Shown: piece by piece, positions 17,846 to 25,544 of the stretch
Layout: every line of letters starts with the position of its first letter
Numbering within the stretch: position 1 is the first letter of the stretch
Origin: a virus
Taxonomy: Duplodnaviria > Caudoviricetes
IMG/VR virus record: IMGVR_UViG_3300012667_000014
Location: 1 to 27,019 of that record
Reading direction: 5' to 3' (one strand)
Length of the DNA stretch: 27,019 bases
Notes under the pieces: model-generated
Told to the model about the DNA's origin: nothing
The model's database searches: none
What the model saw: the letters and a program-made list of their open reading frames with translations, nothing else
Program-made: the position numbers and the translations under genes

Positions 17846-17872
17846 AAAAAACGGGGGTGTTTAGCCCCCATT
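17846..17872 (-). terminator. Probable terminator directly after the coat gene
   Basis: Minus strand AUGGGGG-CUAAACA-CCCCCGU followed by UUUUU. Confidence 0.6.
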
Positions 17873-17877
17873 CTCAA

Positions 17878-19134
17878 TTAGCTGGCAACGCGGCAAGCCA
17901 ATTCAGGGTACAGAGGAGCCCAACCATACAACACATCCAAACGAGTTGGGATGCTGTCGTTGTTGATCGTGTACTGACGCACAACGCGCATTGACAAACC
18001 AATTTCCTTGTCGCTTGCACGACCAGCAAAATGCACGCCTTCTGGCAATTCCAAATCGGCTACTGCCAAAGTGAAAGCGTTTTTGTGCATGATGATGTTC
18101 TGAGCAGACACCACACCAGTTTTGTTGAACTGGGTCACGGCAGCAGTGCTAGAAGTAGTTGGGATAGTCACGTTCTGGAATTGACCAGCAGTGATAACGG
18201 CAGGCGACACAACCACGTTGGCAGACGAACCAGAGCTGATTGCAACGGTTGTTTTCACAACGAAGTTACGCAGCTTGTTCGAGCCGTAGGCTTGACGGTT
18301 CTGTGGGTTGACAGCGTAAACGCCATCAATAGTGAACACGTCACCAGCGTTCAAGTTGATGATACCTGTGTTGGCGGCAGTCATGCTGATAGTGGAGCTA
18401 GAAGCCCAACCAGAAGTCAAGAAGCCAGTGCCAGTTGTGGTGTTCACAGAAGCGGTCACGGTGTCGGTGCTGTTGTCACCGAAAGTTTGTGCCACAACGT
18501 TCTGGTCCAGTTTCCAGTTCATACCACCAGAATCACGGCCCATCAAACCTTTACGGTATTGAGATGCAATGGCTTCTTGAGGAACGAACAAACCTTTCAA
18601 GCTGTTCACGATGGAAGCAGATGTGAAGGGTTCAACGATACATGAACGGCGACCGTCACGTGGTGCGCCTTCGCTGTCGAGATAAGCGCCAGCGGTCAAG
18701 TAGGTCAGGAGTTCAGTAGGAACAACGCCAGCAGTGCCAACGATGTTGGCAGTTTGAGCCACAGCCATAGCCATACCGTCACGGTCAATCTTGTTGGCGA
18801 TTGCAGCGATTGCAGGCTTCAACACGCGGTCGCTAAACATATCCAAGGACAAAGCCAAGTCTTGTGTAGTGAACTGTGTGTCAACGTGGAACTGTGTTGA
18901 CAAGGTAACAGGCACTGAAGTCTCGTTGAAGTCTTCAACGTTCAGAGCAGGGCCAGTAGTACCGATGAAACGACCAGGCTTGCGAACGTTCACGGTGTTA
19001 CCGATTTTTGCGCCCACGACAGCGAATTGGTCGTCATAGTTGCGGTCAACTTCAGAAGTGAAGGTCAACTCGTTTTCCAAGACCATCAACGCTTCGTTGG
19101 TGATCTTGCTAATGGTCAATAAATTGTTTGACAT
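17878..19134 (-). CDS. Major capsid protein (P22 coat protein family)
   Basis: MSNNLLT...ITNEALMVLENEL...KIGNTVNVRKP N-terminus and RLDVLYGW..LYPELACR C-terminus; follows the scaffold. Confidence 0.92.
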   Translation of the reverse strand: MSNNLLTISKITNEALMVLENELTFTSEVDRNYDDQFAVVGAKIGNTVNVRKPGRFIGTTGPALNVEDFNETSVPVTLSTQFHVDTQFTTQDLALSLDMFSDRVLKPAIAAIANKIDRDGMAMAVAQTANIVGTAGVVPTELLTYLTAGAYLDSEGAPRDGRRSCIVEPFTSASIVNSLKGLFVPQEAIASQYRKGLMGRDSGGMNWKLDQNVVAQTFGDNSTDTVTASVNTTTGTGFLTSGWASSSTISMTAANTGIINLNAGDVFTIDGVYAVNPQNRQAYGSNKLRNFVVKTTVAISSGSSANVVVSPAVITAGQFQNVTIPTTSSTAAVTQFNKTGVVSAQNIIMHKNAFTLAVADLELPEGVHFAGRASDKEIGLSMRVVRQYTINNDSIPTRLDVLYGWAPLYPELACRVAS

Positions 19135-19158
19135 TTTTTGCTTTCAAAAAGATTAGGT

Positions 19159-20055
19159 TTACCGAATTTTTCCCGCTTTGCGAAGTTCTTTCCACTGCGC
19201 TGCTGTACCAAAGAAGACCCCATTGGAATCTAGTGGCACATCAGGTGTGTTCTTACCCCCGCGAATCGGTTGAATCGGTGCTGGTGCTTTACTTCTAACA
19301 ATAGGGGCTGGCTTCTCTGCTTCGGGTTTTGCCTCGAAACGAGCTTCCAACTTCCCAATCTCTCGCAACGCTTGCTTTGGCGACAAACCAGCGATTTTCT
19401 TAGCGACTTCATCGTTCTCAGCTAGGTGATATAGGATTTGTGGACCTACTTCACTCTCCAGAATAGCGTCACGAATGTCGTCATTTACGACCACATCGCT
19501 TGACGCAACAATGTCATCAAAATCAGGCAGTGAGGATTTAGCTGCTTCCACCTTTGCAGTCCATTGGTTAATAACCTTCTGGCGTTGCTCGGCTTCTTTG
19601 GCTTGTGCCTCTTGCTGCTTCATTTCACCAATTCGTTTGTCTGCCGTGTACTCTGCAAGAGCCTCGGCGTATTCAAACGCATCGCTGAACTGACTGGGTT
19701 GCGGCTTTTCGTCAACTGGGTTAGCTTTTTGAGGCTGACCACGGTTTTCTAAAGCTGCCAAACGCTGTTCTAGAGCTTGCCTTGCTTCACGTTCTTGTTG
19801 CGCTTCTTTACGCGCTTCTTCACGTTGCTTGGTAATCTCAGAAAAACGGCGCTCAAGTTTAGGATTTTGCTTGCGCTCACCCTCTTGTTTTGCTTCGGCT
19901 TCTGCTTCTTCAGGTTCACTCTGTTCAACTGCTTCTGTCGGCTCCGATTTCTCGGCCTCGGCAGGAGCTGGTGATTCAGCTAAACCTAATCTGTTTGCAT
20001 AAAATTCCGCTGCGTTGTCGCTGGTCAAAACTTGACCTGCTTCTTTTTCAGACAT
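19159..20055 (-). CDS. Scaffolding protein
   Basis: Acidic N-terminus, long coiled coil, SEVGPQILYHLA, SKAPAPIQPI and basic C-terminal helix; between portal and coat. Confidence 0.8.
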   Translation of the reverse strand: MSEKEAGQVLTSDNAAEFYANRLGLAESPAPAEAEKSEPTEAVEQSEPEEAEAEAKQEGERKQNPKLERRFSEITKQREEARKEAQQEREARQALEQRLAALENRGQPQKANPVDEKPQPSQFSDAFEYAEALAEYTADKRIGEMKQQEAQAKEAEQRQKVINQWTAKVEAAKSSLPDFDDIVASSDVVVNDDIRDAILESEVGPQILYHLAENDEVAKKIAGLSPKQALREIGKLEARFEAKPEAEKPAPIVRSKAPAPIQPIRGGKNTPDVPLDSNGVFFGTAAQWKELRKAGKIR

Positions 20056-20077
20056 TACGTTGTCACTCCGAATTTTC

Positions 20078-20094
20078 CCCGTCTACCTGACGGG
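20078..20094 (-). promoter_or_regulatory. Leader hairpin upstream of the scaffold gene
   Basis: CCCGUC-AGGUA-GACGGG, about 8 nt before the GGAG SD, with no U-tract. Confidence 0.5.
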
Positions 20095-20107
20095 TAAGGT
20101 TGTGGTT

Positions 20108-20136
20108 AATCTACCACAGAATCGTTTAAAAATCAA
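20108..20136 (-). promoter_or_regulatory. Putative sigma70 promoter for the scaffold-coat operon
   Basis: TTGATT (20136-20131), 17-bp spacer ending TGG, TAGATT (20113-20108). Confidence 0.55.
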
Positions 20137-22217
20137 ATTGCCCGTTCAGTTGTTTCTGCACTAGCGGCTTTTAAAGCCAACTTGTCCATTGTCGCCAAAC
20201 GAATAGCAATTTCAGCCTTCATGCGTTCAATCTCAAGCTGTGTTTGTGTCTTCAAGACAGTTTCTTGCGCTTGAGCATCCACCTTCATCTTCATGTCGGC
20301 GTGGTCATGGGCATCTTGAAGCTCAATTTGATGCGCTTTGTTAGTTTCTTTAATCAACACGCGCTTGGTTTCGCCTTCTTGACGCATTTGCTCAACGTCA
20401 GAACGGTTCTTCAGCATCAACTGCATAGATTGAAGCTGTTGTTGCAGTTCTTCCACTTGTTTCTTGCCTTGTGCCAATTGCATTTGAACTTGTGGCGGGA
20501 TTTCGCTGTGTTCGTCAATCTGAGCCAATGGGTTAGAAGCAGCCAAGCGGTCAGCAATAACGTCAGCACCAGGCCAATCCATGTTGCGGAACACCAAATC
20601 GCCGCAAGTTTTCATCAGGCTTGGGTCAGCAGCCAAGATTGGCAGCATTGAATCAACGGCTTCTTGGCGCTTGCTGTTGTAGCCAGGGCCAGTGTCCATC
20701 ACCACGTCATATTGACCAACGGTCATGTCGTTCAACACGCGACCAACGGAATCAATTTGGTTTACGGTCAACAATTCAGGTTTGCCGTCATCGCCAATGA
20801 TTCGCATCACACGCTCGGTGTCGTAAATCTTTGGCAACAAGTCCAGAATAATCGTGCCGCAATGGGAAATTGAGCGCGTCAGGTTGTCGTAATAGTCGTA
20901 GTTTGTCAGGTCAACTTGTTGTTGCTGACCGTTCAAAGCCTTGCCTGAGATGTTGCCTTGCTTCAGTTGTGCAGGGTCAAACACGCCCATGATTGACTTA
21001 ATGTCATCATCCACACCAGCAGCAGCAGCCATGATGCCAGCTTGCGGCGGCTCTGGTTGCAGACGTTGTGGCACAGGTGCAGGGCGACCATCAATGTCAG
21101 TCTGCTTGTAGCGCAACAGCGGGAAAGACTTAATGTTGGCGTTTGCCCAATCGTTTTCGTGGCCTTCGTCTTGACCTTCAGCAATCAACCACTTGGCCTT
21201 TGGAGCCAGTGCAACGCCTTCGGTAATAGAAGTCTGCCAGAAGTTATACATACGCTGTGGGTCTTTGGCATAACGAATCATGCCGAACTTCTTGCGCTTG
21301 TCACCAATCACGATGTGACGACCATAGACAGGAATGATTGGGATGTACTTACCAGCCCAAGTGCCTTCTTCAATAATATCAATTGCAGTTAGCTTGCAAT
21401 ACTTGATCGTTTTCTTGTACGAATCACGCTTATCAACCACCACAATGCCAGCACTTGCAAGACGAGCAAAGAAATCTTTGTCTTCAGCAAAGGTGCTTGA
21501 ACCATCGCTCAATTGATACAAAGTGGCTTTCTCGCGCACTGTGTAGAAGTATTCAGCAAGGCGAATGTCCTCTTTGGTAATCCATTCAGACTGACTGTCA
21601 CCAGTGCCACGTTGGGTGAAAGACGTACCGCCATCAACCGATGCGTCAGGATAGAGCTTAGAAAACTCTTTCTTTGGCATCATTGTTGTAATCAAGCAAC
21701 GGTCAGCGTCAGAGCCATCAGGAGCCACAGAATTAGGGTCGAAATAGACAGTGAACGGATTATCAATAGGGTCAATGTAAATTTCTTGCTCAAATGAATC
21801 TTCCGAAACGTAATCTGTACGAACACGGAAATAGCCCCAACCCATGCGAACAGCGTATTCAAATGCGTTGTCGTAAGCGTGGTCGGCATTGGAATTGTTC
21901 TCAATGTGGCGCACGATGCCTTGAATGGTCTGAGCGTCAACCATGTCTTCATGCGTGTTCATTGCATGAACTTTGATGCGTGGGCGTTGCTGGCGCTGTT
22001 GGTTACAGACTTGGCGGCAATAGTTATCCACCTTGTTGACCGTAATGACAGGGCGCGATTCCAGATTGCGTGAGTTTTGCAACTCCACGGGCCATTGGTC
22101 GCCACCACCAAATTTAAGGTCTTCAAGCGCCTCTTGGCGGTTCATCGTGTCGGCATCGTTTGCCAATTTCAAGAATTCAATTGCTTCTTGAATCCGTGGG
22201 TCGTAATCATCTGCCAT
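20133..22217 (-). CDS. Portal protein (P22 gp1-like)
   Basis: 694 aa; EDLKF..GDQW, RP.ITVNK, GMIRYAKDPQRMYN, ISGKAL, G.YDVVMDTGPGY.SKRQEA and a Gln-rich C-terminal helix. Confidence 0.92.
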   Translation of the reverse strand: MADDYDPRIQEAIEFLKLANDADTMNRQEALEDLKFGGGDQWPVELQNSRNLESRPVITVNKVDNYCRQVCNQQRQQRPRIKVHAMNTHEDMVDAQTIQGIVRHIENNSNADHAYDNAFEYAVRMGWGYFRVRTDYVSEDSFEQEIYIDPIDNPFTVYFDPNSVAPDGSDADRCLITTMMPKKEFSKLYPDASVDGGTSFTQRGTGDSQSEWITKEDIRLAEYFYTVREKATLYQLSDGSSTFAEDKDFFARLASAGIVVVDKRDSYKKTIKYCKLTAIDIIEEGTWAGKYIPIIPVYGRHIVIGDKRKKFGMIRYAKDPQRMYNFWQTSITEGVALAPKAKWLIAEGQDEGHENDWANANIKSFPLLRYKQTDIDGRPAPVPQRLQPEPPQAGIMAAAAGVDDDIKSIMGVFDPAQLKQGNISGKALNGQQQQVDLTNYDYYDNLTRSISHCGTIILDLLPKIYDTERVMRIIGDDGKPELLTVNQIDSVGRVLNDMTVGQYDVVMDTGPGYNSKRQEAVDSMLPILAADPSLMKTCGDLVFRNMDWPGADVIADRLAASNPLAQIDEHSEIPPQVQMQLAQGKKQVEELQQQLQSMQLMLKNRSDVEQMRQEGETKRVLIKETNKAHQIELQDAHDHADMKMKVDAQAQETVLKTQTQLEIERMKAEIAIRLATMDKLALKAASAETTERAI

Positions 22218-22247
22218 ATATGTCCTAGGTTGACAAGTTTGCCAATT

Positions 22248-23531
22248 TTAGCCCATCCAGCTATTTGCGCCACCGTAATTTTGCACTGGTCGAGCCTGTC
22301 TTCGTTGTTTTGGTTCGTTAATCATCAAACCAATGTAGCGGAACGCGTCAGCGCCGTGGCTGTAATTGTCATGCACTGGCGTTTTGCTAAATTGCTTGGT
22401 GTCTGGGTCAACATCGTAACGGTAATGTCGCAAGCATTGCAATCCATCGTGGCAATTGTCACGGTCAAACCAGCAGTTTCTGAAGATTGTTCGGGCAGCG
22501 TTGATACTGTCCAAAATAGGCGTTCTTGGGATGATGCGGGTTTTGTAGCCAGCAGCCCTGACAATTTCTTCAATGCTGCGACCATTGCCTGCCAAAGTCT
22601 TGTTCTCAGCGTCATGCGGTAGCCACAGCGTGTCATAGATATATCCAAAGGTCTGCATCTTGGCTAAATAGTCGCTCATGGTCTGCTGATTGCCTTCCAT
22701 GTACCGAATCAAGCGGGTTTCCATACCCACAAACTGCAAGAACCAAATAGCCGTAGCGTCAGACCAACCCAAGTCAAAGATGGCGTGAACAGGCTTTGTG
22801 GGGTCATAGTTGACCTTGGTGATACGCCCATCCAACTCAGCCACTTGCATTTCACGGGCAAACACAGCGCCATCAACTGTCTGACGGCACAAACCTTCCC
22901 AGACAACGTTATAGGCTTGCGGGTCACGAGCTTTTAGCTGGTCCTTCTCAAGTCTGAGCGTTTCAGGAAACCAAGGGTTATCCGACCAGTTAATCTTGAC
23001 CACGATACAGTCATCAGGCGGGTGAAGCACAAACCGCTGATAAGTTTCGTCACTTTCCAACTCGGGGTTAAACGTAATCCAAATCTCTGAGCCAGGCTTG
23101 CGAATGGTTGGGATAAGCACGTTCCAGCTTAAACGGCTGGTTGTCTGCGCTTCTTCAACCCAACAAATGTCCACACCTTCGTAAGATTTGACGTTTGCCA
23201 CGTTGTTCTTGAGGCCAACAAAGCTGAATTCTGAGCCGTTTTTGCCACGGATGCTGGTTTGGGTGATTTCGTAGAACGAACCTAACCCTAGGGATTCAAT
23301 CTGGTCGCACAGCAGCTTGTGAACCGAATCTTTGATAGAAGTCTGAAACTCACGGGCGCAAAGGATGCGCAGCTGGTTCTTGGCGGCTTTAATCAGCAAC
23401 GCCCTAGCAACACCCCATGACTTAGCGCCACCGCGACCACCGTACAAAACTTTGTAGCGTGACTTCTCAAACAAGCATTGGAGCTTGATTGGAAACTCAG
23501 CATTAGCAATGGCGGTGTTGACTTCTGACAT
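22248..23531 (-). CDS. terL: Terminase large subunit (PBSX-type)
   Basis: Walker A YGGRGGAKS, Walker B WVEEAQ, TFNP, nuclease DLGWSD and SHGADAFRY. Confidence 0.95.
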   Translation of the reverse strand: MSEVNTAIANAEFPIKLQCLFEKSRYKVLYGGRGGAKSWGVARALLIKAAKNQLRILCAREFQTSIKDSVHKLLCDQIESLGLGSFYEITQTSIRGKNGSEFSFVGLKNNVANVKSYEGVDICWVEEAQTTSRLSWNVLIPTIRKPGSEIWITFNPELESDETYQRFVLHPPDDCIVVKINWSDNPWFPETLRLEKDQLKARDPQAYNVVWEGLCRQTVDGAVFAREMQVAELDGRITKVNYDPTKPVHAIFDLGWSDATAIWFLQFVGMETRLIRYMEGNQQTMSDYLAKMQTFGYIYDTLWLPHDAENKTLAGNGRSIEEIVRAAGYKTRIIPRTPILDSINAARTIFRNCWFDRDNCHDGLQCLRHYRYDVDPDTKQFSKTPVHDNYSHGADAFRYIGLMINEPKQRRQARPVQNYGGANSWMG

Positions 23532-23546
23532 TTGTTCCTTTTAAGT

Positions 23547-23712
23547 TGTTGGTGTCGGAGTAGCCATCTCCGAGGTGGGATTATCCAAGTTTCCCAACCC
23601 TCTTGACAGGGTAATGGCGGCTAACCATTGAAACACCAACACGACTGAGGACTGCTATGCACTCATAGGGGCTTGCGCCTTGCTGAGTCTGGGTACGGCA
23701 ATCCTCATGCGT
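23547..23712 (-). ncRNA. Unassigned highly structured RNA: long GNRA-capped stem plus five-way junction with complementary loops
   Basis: Stems read by hand: UGAGGAUUGC/GCAGUCCUCA, ACUCA/UGAGU, GGC-GCAA-GCC, GUUGGUG/CACCAAC, AAUGG/CCAUU, ACCCU/AGGGU, UGGGA/UCCCA, UCGGAG/CUCCGA. G.U pairs favour the minus strand. Confidence 0.7.
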
Positions 23713-23714
23713 TT

Positions 23715-23790
23715 TGGCTCCTCAAGGTGGGGTCGAACCACCGACACACGGATTAACAGTCCGTTGCTCTGCCAACTGAGCTATTGAGGA
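23715..23790 (-). tRNA. tRNA-Asn (GTT) with encoded CCA
   Basis: TCCTCAA TA GCTC AGTTGGCA GAGC A ACGGA CTGTTAA TCCGT GTGTC GGTGG TTCGACC CCACC TTGAGGA G CCA: canonical 76-nt cloverleaf. Confidence 0.97.
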
Positions 23791-23791
23791 A

Positions 23792-24205
23792 TTATTCTTC
23801 TTGCGGTTTCACAAACGTCACGTTAATACCAGAAAGCAAAGGCGCTCCATCAGCACCCGTGATCTCAGTCTTCGTGCTTTCACGGTACTTCTTAGGGAAT
23901 CGTGCAGCCATAGAACGCGACCAAAGGCCAGTGTTCAACTTAGCTGCATCCTTGTGTTCCAGCATATAGGATTGTGCTTGGTCTTCCCACCATGCAAGCT
24001 CTAATTCCTTCGCCAATTCCAAGGCGTGCTGAAATTCCTCATGAGTATCACGCCATGAGAACAAAGTTCTAGTTCCAACACCAATTATTGCGCCTATTTG
24101 CTCAACAGATTTACCAATGCGCCCCAATGCAATGACTTCATCGCACATAGCGGGGTCATACAATGTTGGTCTACCTACGGGGCGTTTTTCGGTTGTTTCT
24201 GTCAT
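23792..24205 (-). CDS. terS: Terminase small subunit
   Basis: GRPTLYDP start, HTH (GKSVEQIGAIIGVGTRTLFSW), EITGADGAPL tail; upstream of terL. Confidence 0.8.
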   Translation of the reverse strand: MTETTEKRPVGRPTLYDPAMCDEVIALGRIGKSVEQIGAIIGVGTRTLFSWRDTHEEFQHALELAKELELAWWEDQAQSYMLEHKDAAKLNTGLWSRSMAARFPKKYRESTKTEITGADGAPLLSGINVTFVKPQEE

Positions 24206-24206
24206 G

Positions 24207-24365
24207 TTATTCAGCTTGTGCTGCCTCTGGTGCTTCTTGCTTTTCCAACTCAGCCAACTGCCAGCGGCATTGCTCCAAAGCGCCGTTAATCATGTGCAGG
24301 TTGACTTCCATTTGCTTGCCTTGCGCCATCAGTTCTTCCATGCGCTTTTGAATTTGCTCTTTCAT
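24207..24365 (-). CDS. Small helical hypothetical protein (52 aa, not in ORF track)
   Basis: MKEQIQKRMEELMAQGKQMEVNLHMINGALEQCRWQLAELEKQEAPEAAQAE*; GGAG SD; fills the gap before terS exactly. Confidence 0.7.
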   Translation of the reverse strand: MKEQIQKRMEELMAQGKQMEVNLHMINGALEQCRWQLAELEKQEAPEAAQAE

Positions 24366-24484
24366 TTATCTTCTCCAGTTACTACGGTTGATTGTTTGTT
24401 AAGTCGTGGGCGCTTCTTGGGGTCTTTTTCTTCAAGCATCTTGCCTAGCTTCCACAAAAGCCATTGAATCTTACGCTTGAGCAT
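24362..24484 (-). CDS. Small basic hypothetical protein (40 aa)
   Basis: MLKRKIQWLLWKLGKMLEEK...; GGGGA SD before ATG 24484; stop overlaps the next start. Confidence 0.5.
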   Translation of the reverse strand: MLKRKIQWLLWKLGKMLEEKDPKKRPRLNKQSTVVTGEDK

Positions 24485-24674
24485 TGGTTTCCCCAAAATA
24501 AGCCAACAGGTCAATGTCTTCGTTAAGGTTCTTAAAACGCTCCTCAAACGAATACAGAATGCCTTTATACAGGCTGACATAGTAGCGGTTGCCGTTCTTT
24601 TTGTAGAACTCCAACTGCTTCTTGGCTATGCCGTAAGCCAGCGCCAGCGTGTAAATGTTCTCTTTGACTATCAT
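24471..24674 (-). CDS. Hypothetical protein (67 aa)
   Basis: ATGA overlap with the GroES-like gene; Tyr/Lys-rich. Confidence 0.55.
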   Translation of the reverse strand: MIVKENIYTLALAYGIAKKQLEFYKKNGNRYYVSLYKGILYSFEERFKNLNEDIDLLAYFGETNAQA

Positions 24675-24955
24675 TCTTCAACAAAACAAATGTCTTGCCA
24701 GCTCATTTTCAAGCATTGGTCTTCACCTAGCTTCAATGGCTCAAACTTCAAATATTCGTCTTTGGCTGTGTTCGCTACCGTACCAAAGTGGACTTTATCG
24801 CCCATCTTTAGCCCCTGGCGCATAGCATCGTCACCCAAGGCGACAACGTGGCCTGTCGTTGGGTAGCCTTCTACCTTGCTCAAGTCCAGCACTTCAGACT
24901 TGAAACGTTGTTCAGGTTTGACAATGATTTTGTCTCGCAATGGCTTGATGTTCAT
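24671..24955 (-). CDS. groES: GroES/Cpn10-like co-chaperonin
   Basis: MNIKPLRDKIIVK...GHVVALG...LKMGDKVHF...MSWQDICFVE aligns by eye with E. coli GroES MNIRPLHDRVIVK...GEVLAVG...VKVGDIVIF...MSESDILAIVE. Confidence 0.82.
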   Translation of the reverse strand: MNIKPLRDKIIVKPEQRFKSEVLDLSKVEGYPTTGHVVALGDDAMRQGLKMGDKVHFGTVANTAKDEYLKFEPLKLGEDQCLKMSWQDICFVEE

Positions 24956-25179
24956 GCCGCCACCTTTTTGGTGTACTTGCGTTTGGGCTTGTCTTCTGTC
25001 ATCTCACGAACAGGCAATGCCAACATCTCAGGCACAGGCTCTGAGTAAGGCACAGGCGTGAATTCACCGCACCATTCATTTGGTGAACGGGTTTGGAATG
25101 TCGGATAACGCCGACAAGTACCAATAGCTTGACCACTATTACAAAAGTGGTCACAGCCTTTACAATGACGATCAACCAT
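24952..25179 (-). CDS. Small Cys-rich putative metal-binding protein
   Basis: CKGCDHFC...GTCRRYP...WCGEF; AAGGAG SD before ATG 25179; basic C-terminus KPKRKYTKK. Confidence 0.7.
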   Translation of the reverse strand: MVDRHCKGCDHFCNSGQAIGTCRRYPTFQTRSPNEWCGEFTPVPYSEPVPEMLALPVREMTEDKPKRKYTKKVAA

Positions 25180-25207
25180 TTTCAAATCTCCTTATTTGAT
25201 TTGGCTA

Positions 25208-25244
25208 GAAGCCCTTGCAGTTCCTTCTCAACTGCTTGGGCTTC
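25208..25244. other. Intergenic stem-loop with 2x2 internal loop
   Basis: GAAGCCC-TT-GCAGTT-CCTTCTC-AACTGC-TT-GGGCTTC; a T-run follows only on the plus strand. Confidence 0.6.
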
Positions 25245-25249
25245 GCTTT

Positions 25250-25465
25250 TTAGCGGTAAGCTGCTTTTTCTTTGACGTAGCAGATGCCAGCAGTACGACC
25301 AGTGTCGAACTTCTTGTCAGCGCCCACAGCGTCTTCTTTGCCCATAGCCACGCCACCGCGCAGACCTTCTTTACGCTCACCAGTACGGTCAGAAGAAGTT
25401 GCGCCCATTGGTGCTTTTGCGCCAGTAGTGCTAGGGATGCCTTTGTTTGAATCCATCTTACCCAT
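25250..25465 (-). CDS. Small Gly/Lys-rich, probably disordered protein (71 aa); first gene after the promoter
   Basis: Start reassigned to ATG 25465 (MGKMDSNKG...), preceded by AAAGGA. Confidence 0.7.
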   Translation of the reverse strand: MGKMDSNKGIPSTTGAKAPMGATSSDRTGERKEGLRGGVAMGKEDAVGADKKFDTGRTAGICYVKEKAAYR

Positions 25466-25493
25466 GATTTTTCCTTTAGGAAGTTGTTTGGTA

Positions 25494-25522
25494 ACTTTAT
25501 GCCGTTGGTGGCACAATGTCAA
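25494..25522 (-). promoter_or_regulatory. Near-consensus sigma70 promoter heading the packaging/structural region
   Basis: TTGACA (25522-25517), 17-bp spacer, TAAAGT (25499-25494). Confidence 0.7.
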
Positions 25523-25544
25523 TGCAATTTTAACAGGAAATCCT

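Noticed and set aside
22230-22258. Plus-strand promoter from TTGACA between terL and portal
   Set aside because: No acceptable -10 hexamer 16-18 bp downstream (CCATCC).
23548-23640. Second tRNA or tRNA pseudogene in the multi-hairpin domain
   Set aside because: Four internal hairpins with near-zero linkers, no TTC T-loop and no canonical D-loop; the geometry does not fit a tRNA.
23640-23714. tRNA-associated HDV-like (theta) ribozyme at the tRNA 3' end
   Set aside because: I could not build the nested double pseudoknot by hand; the region pairs better as one long hairpin. A covariance-model search is needed to exclude it formally.
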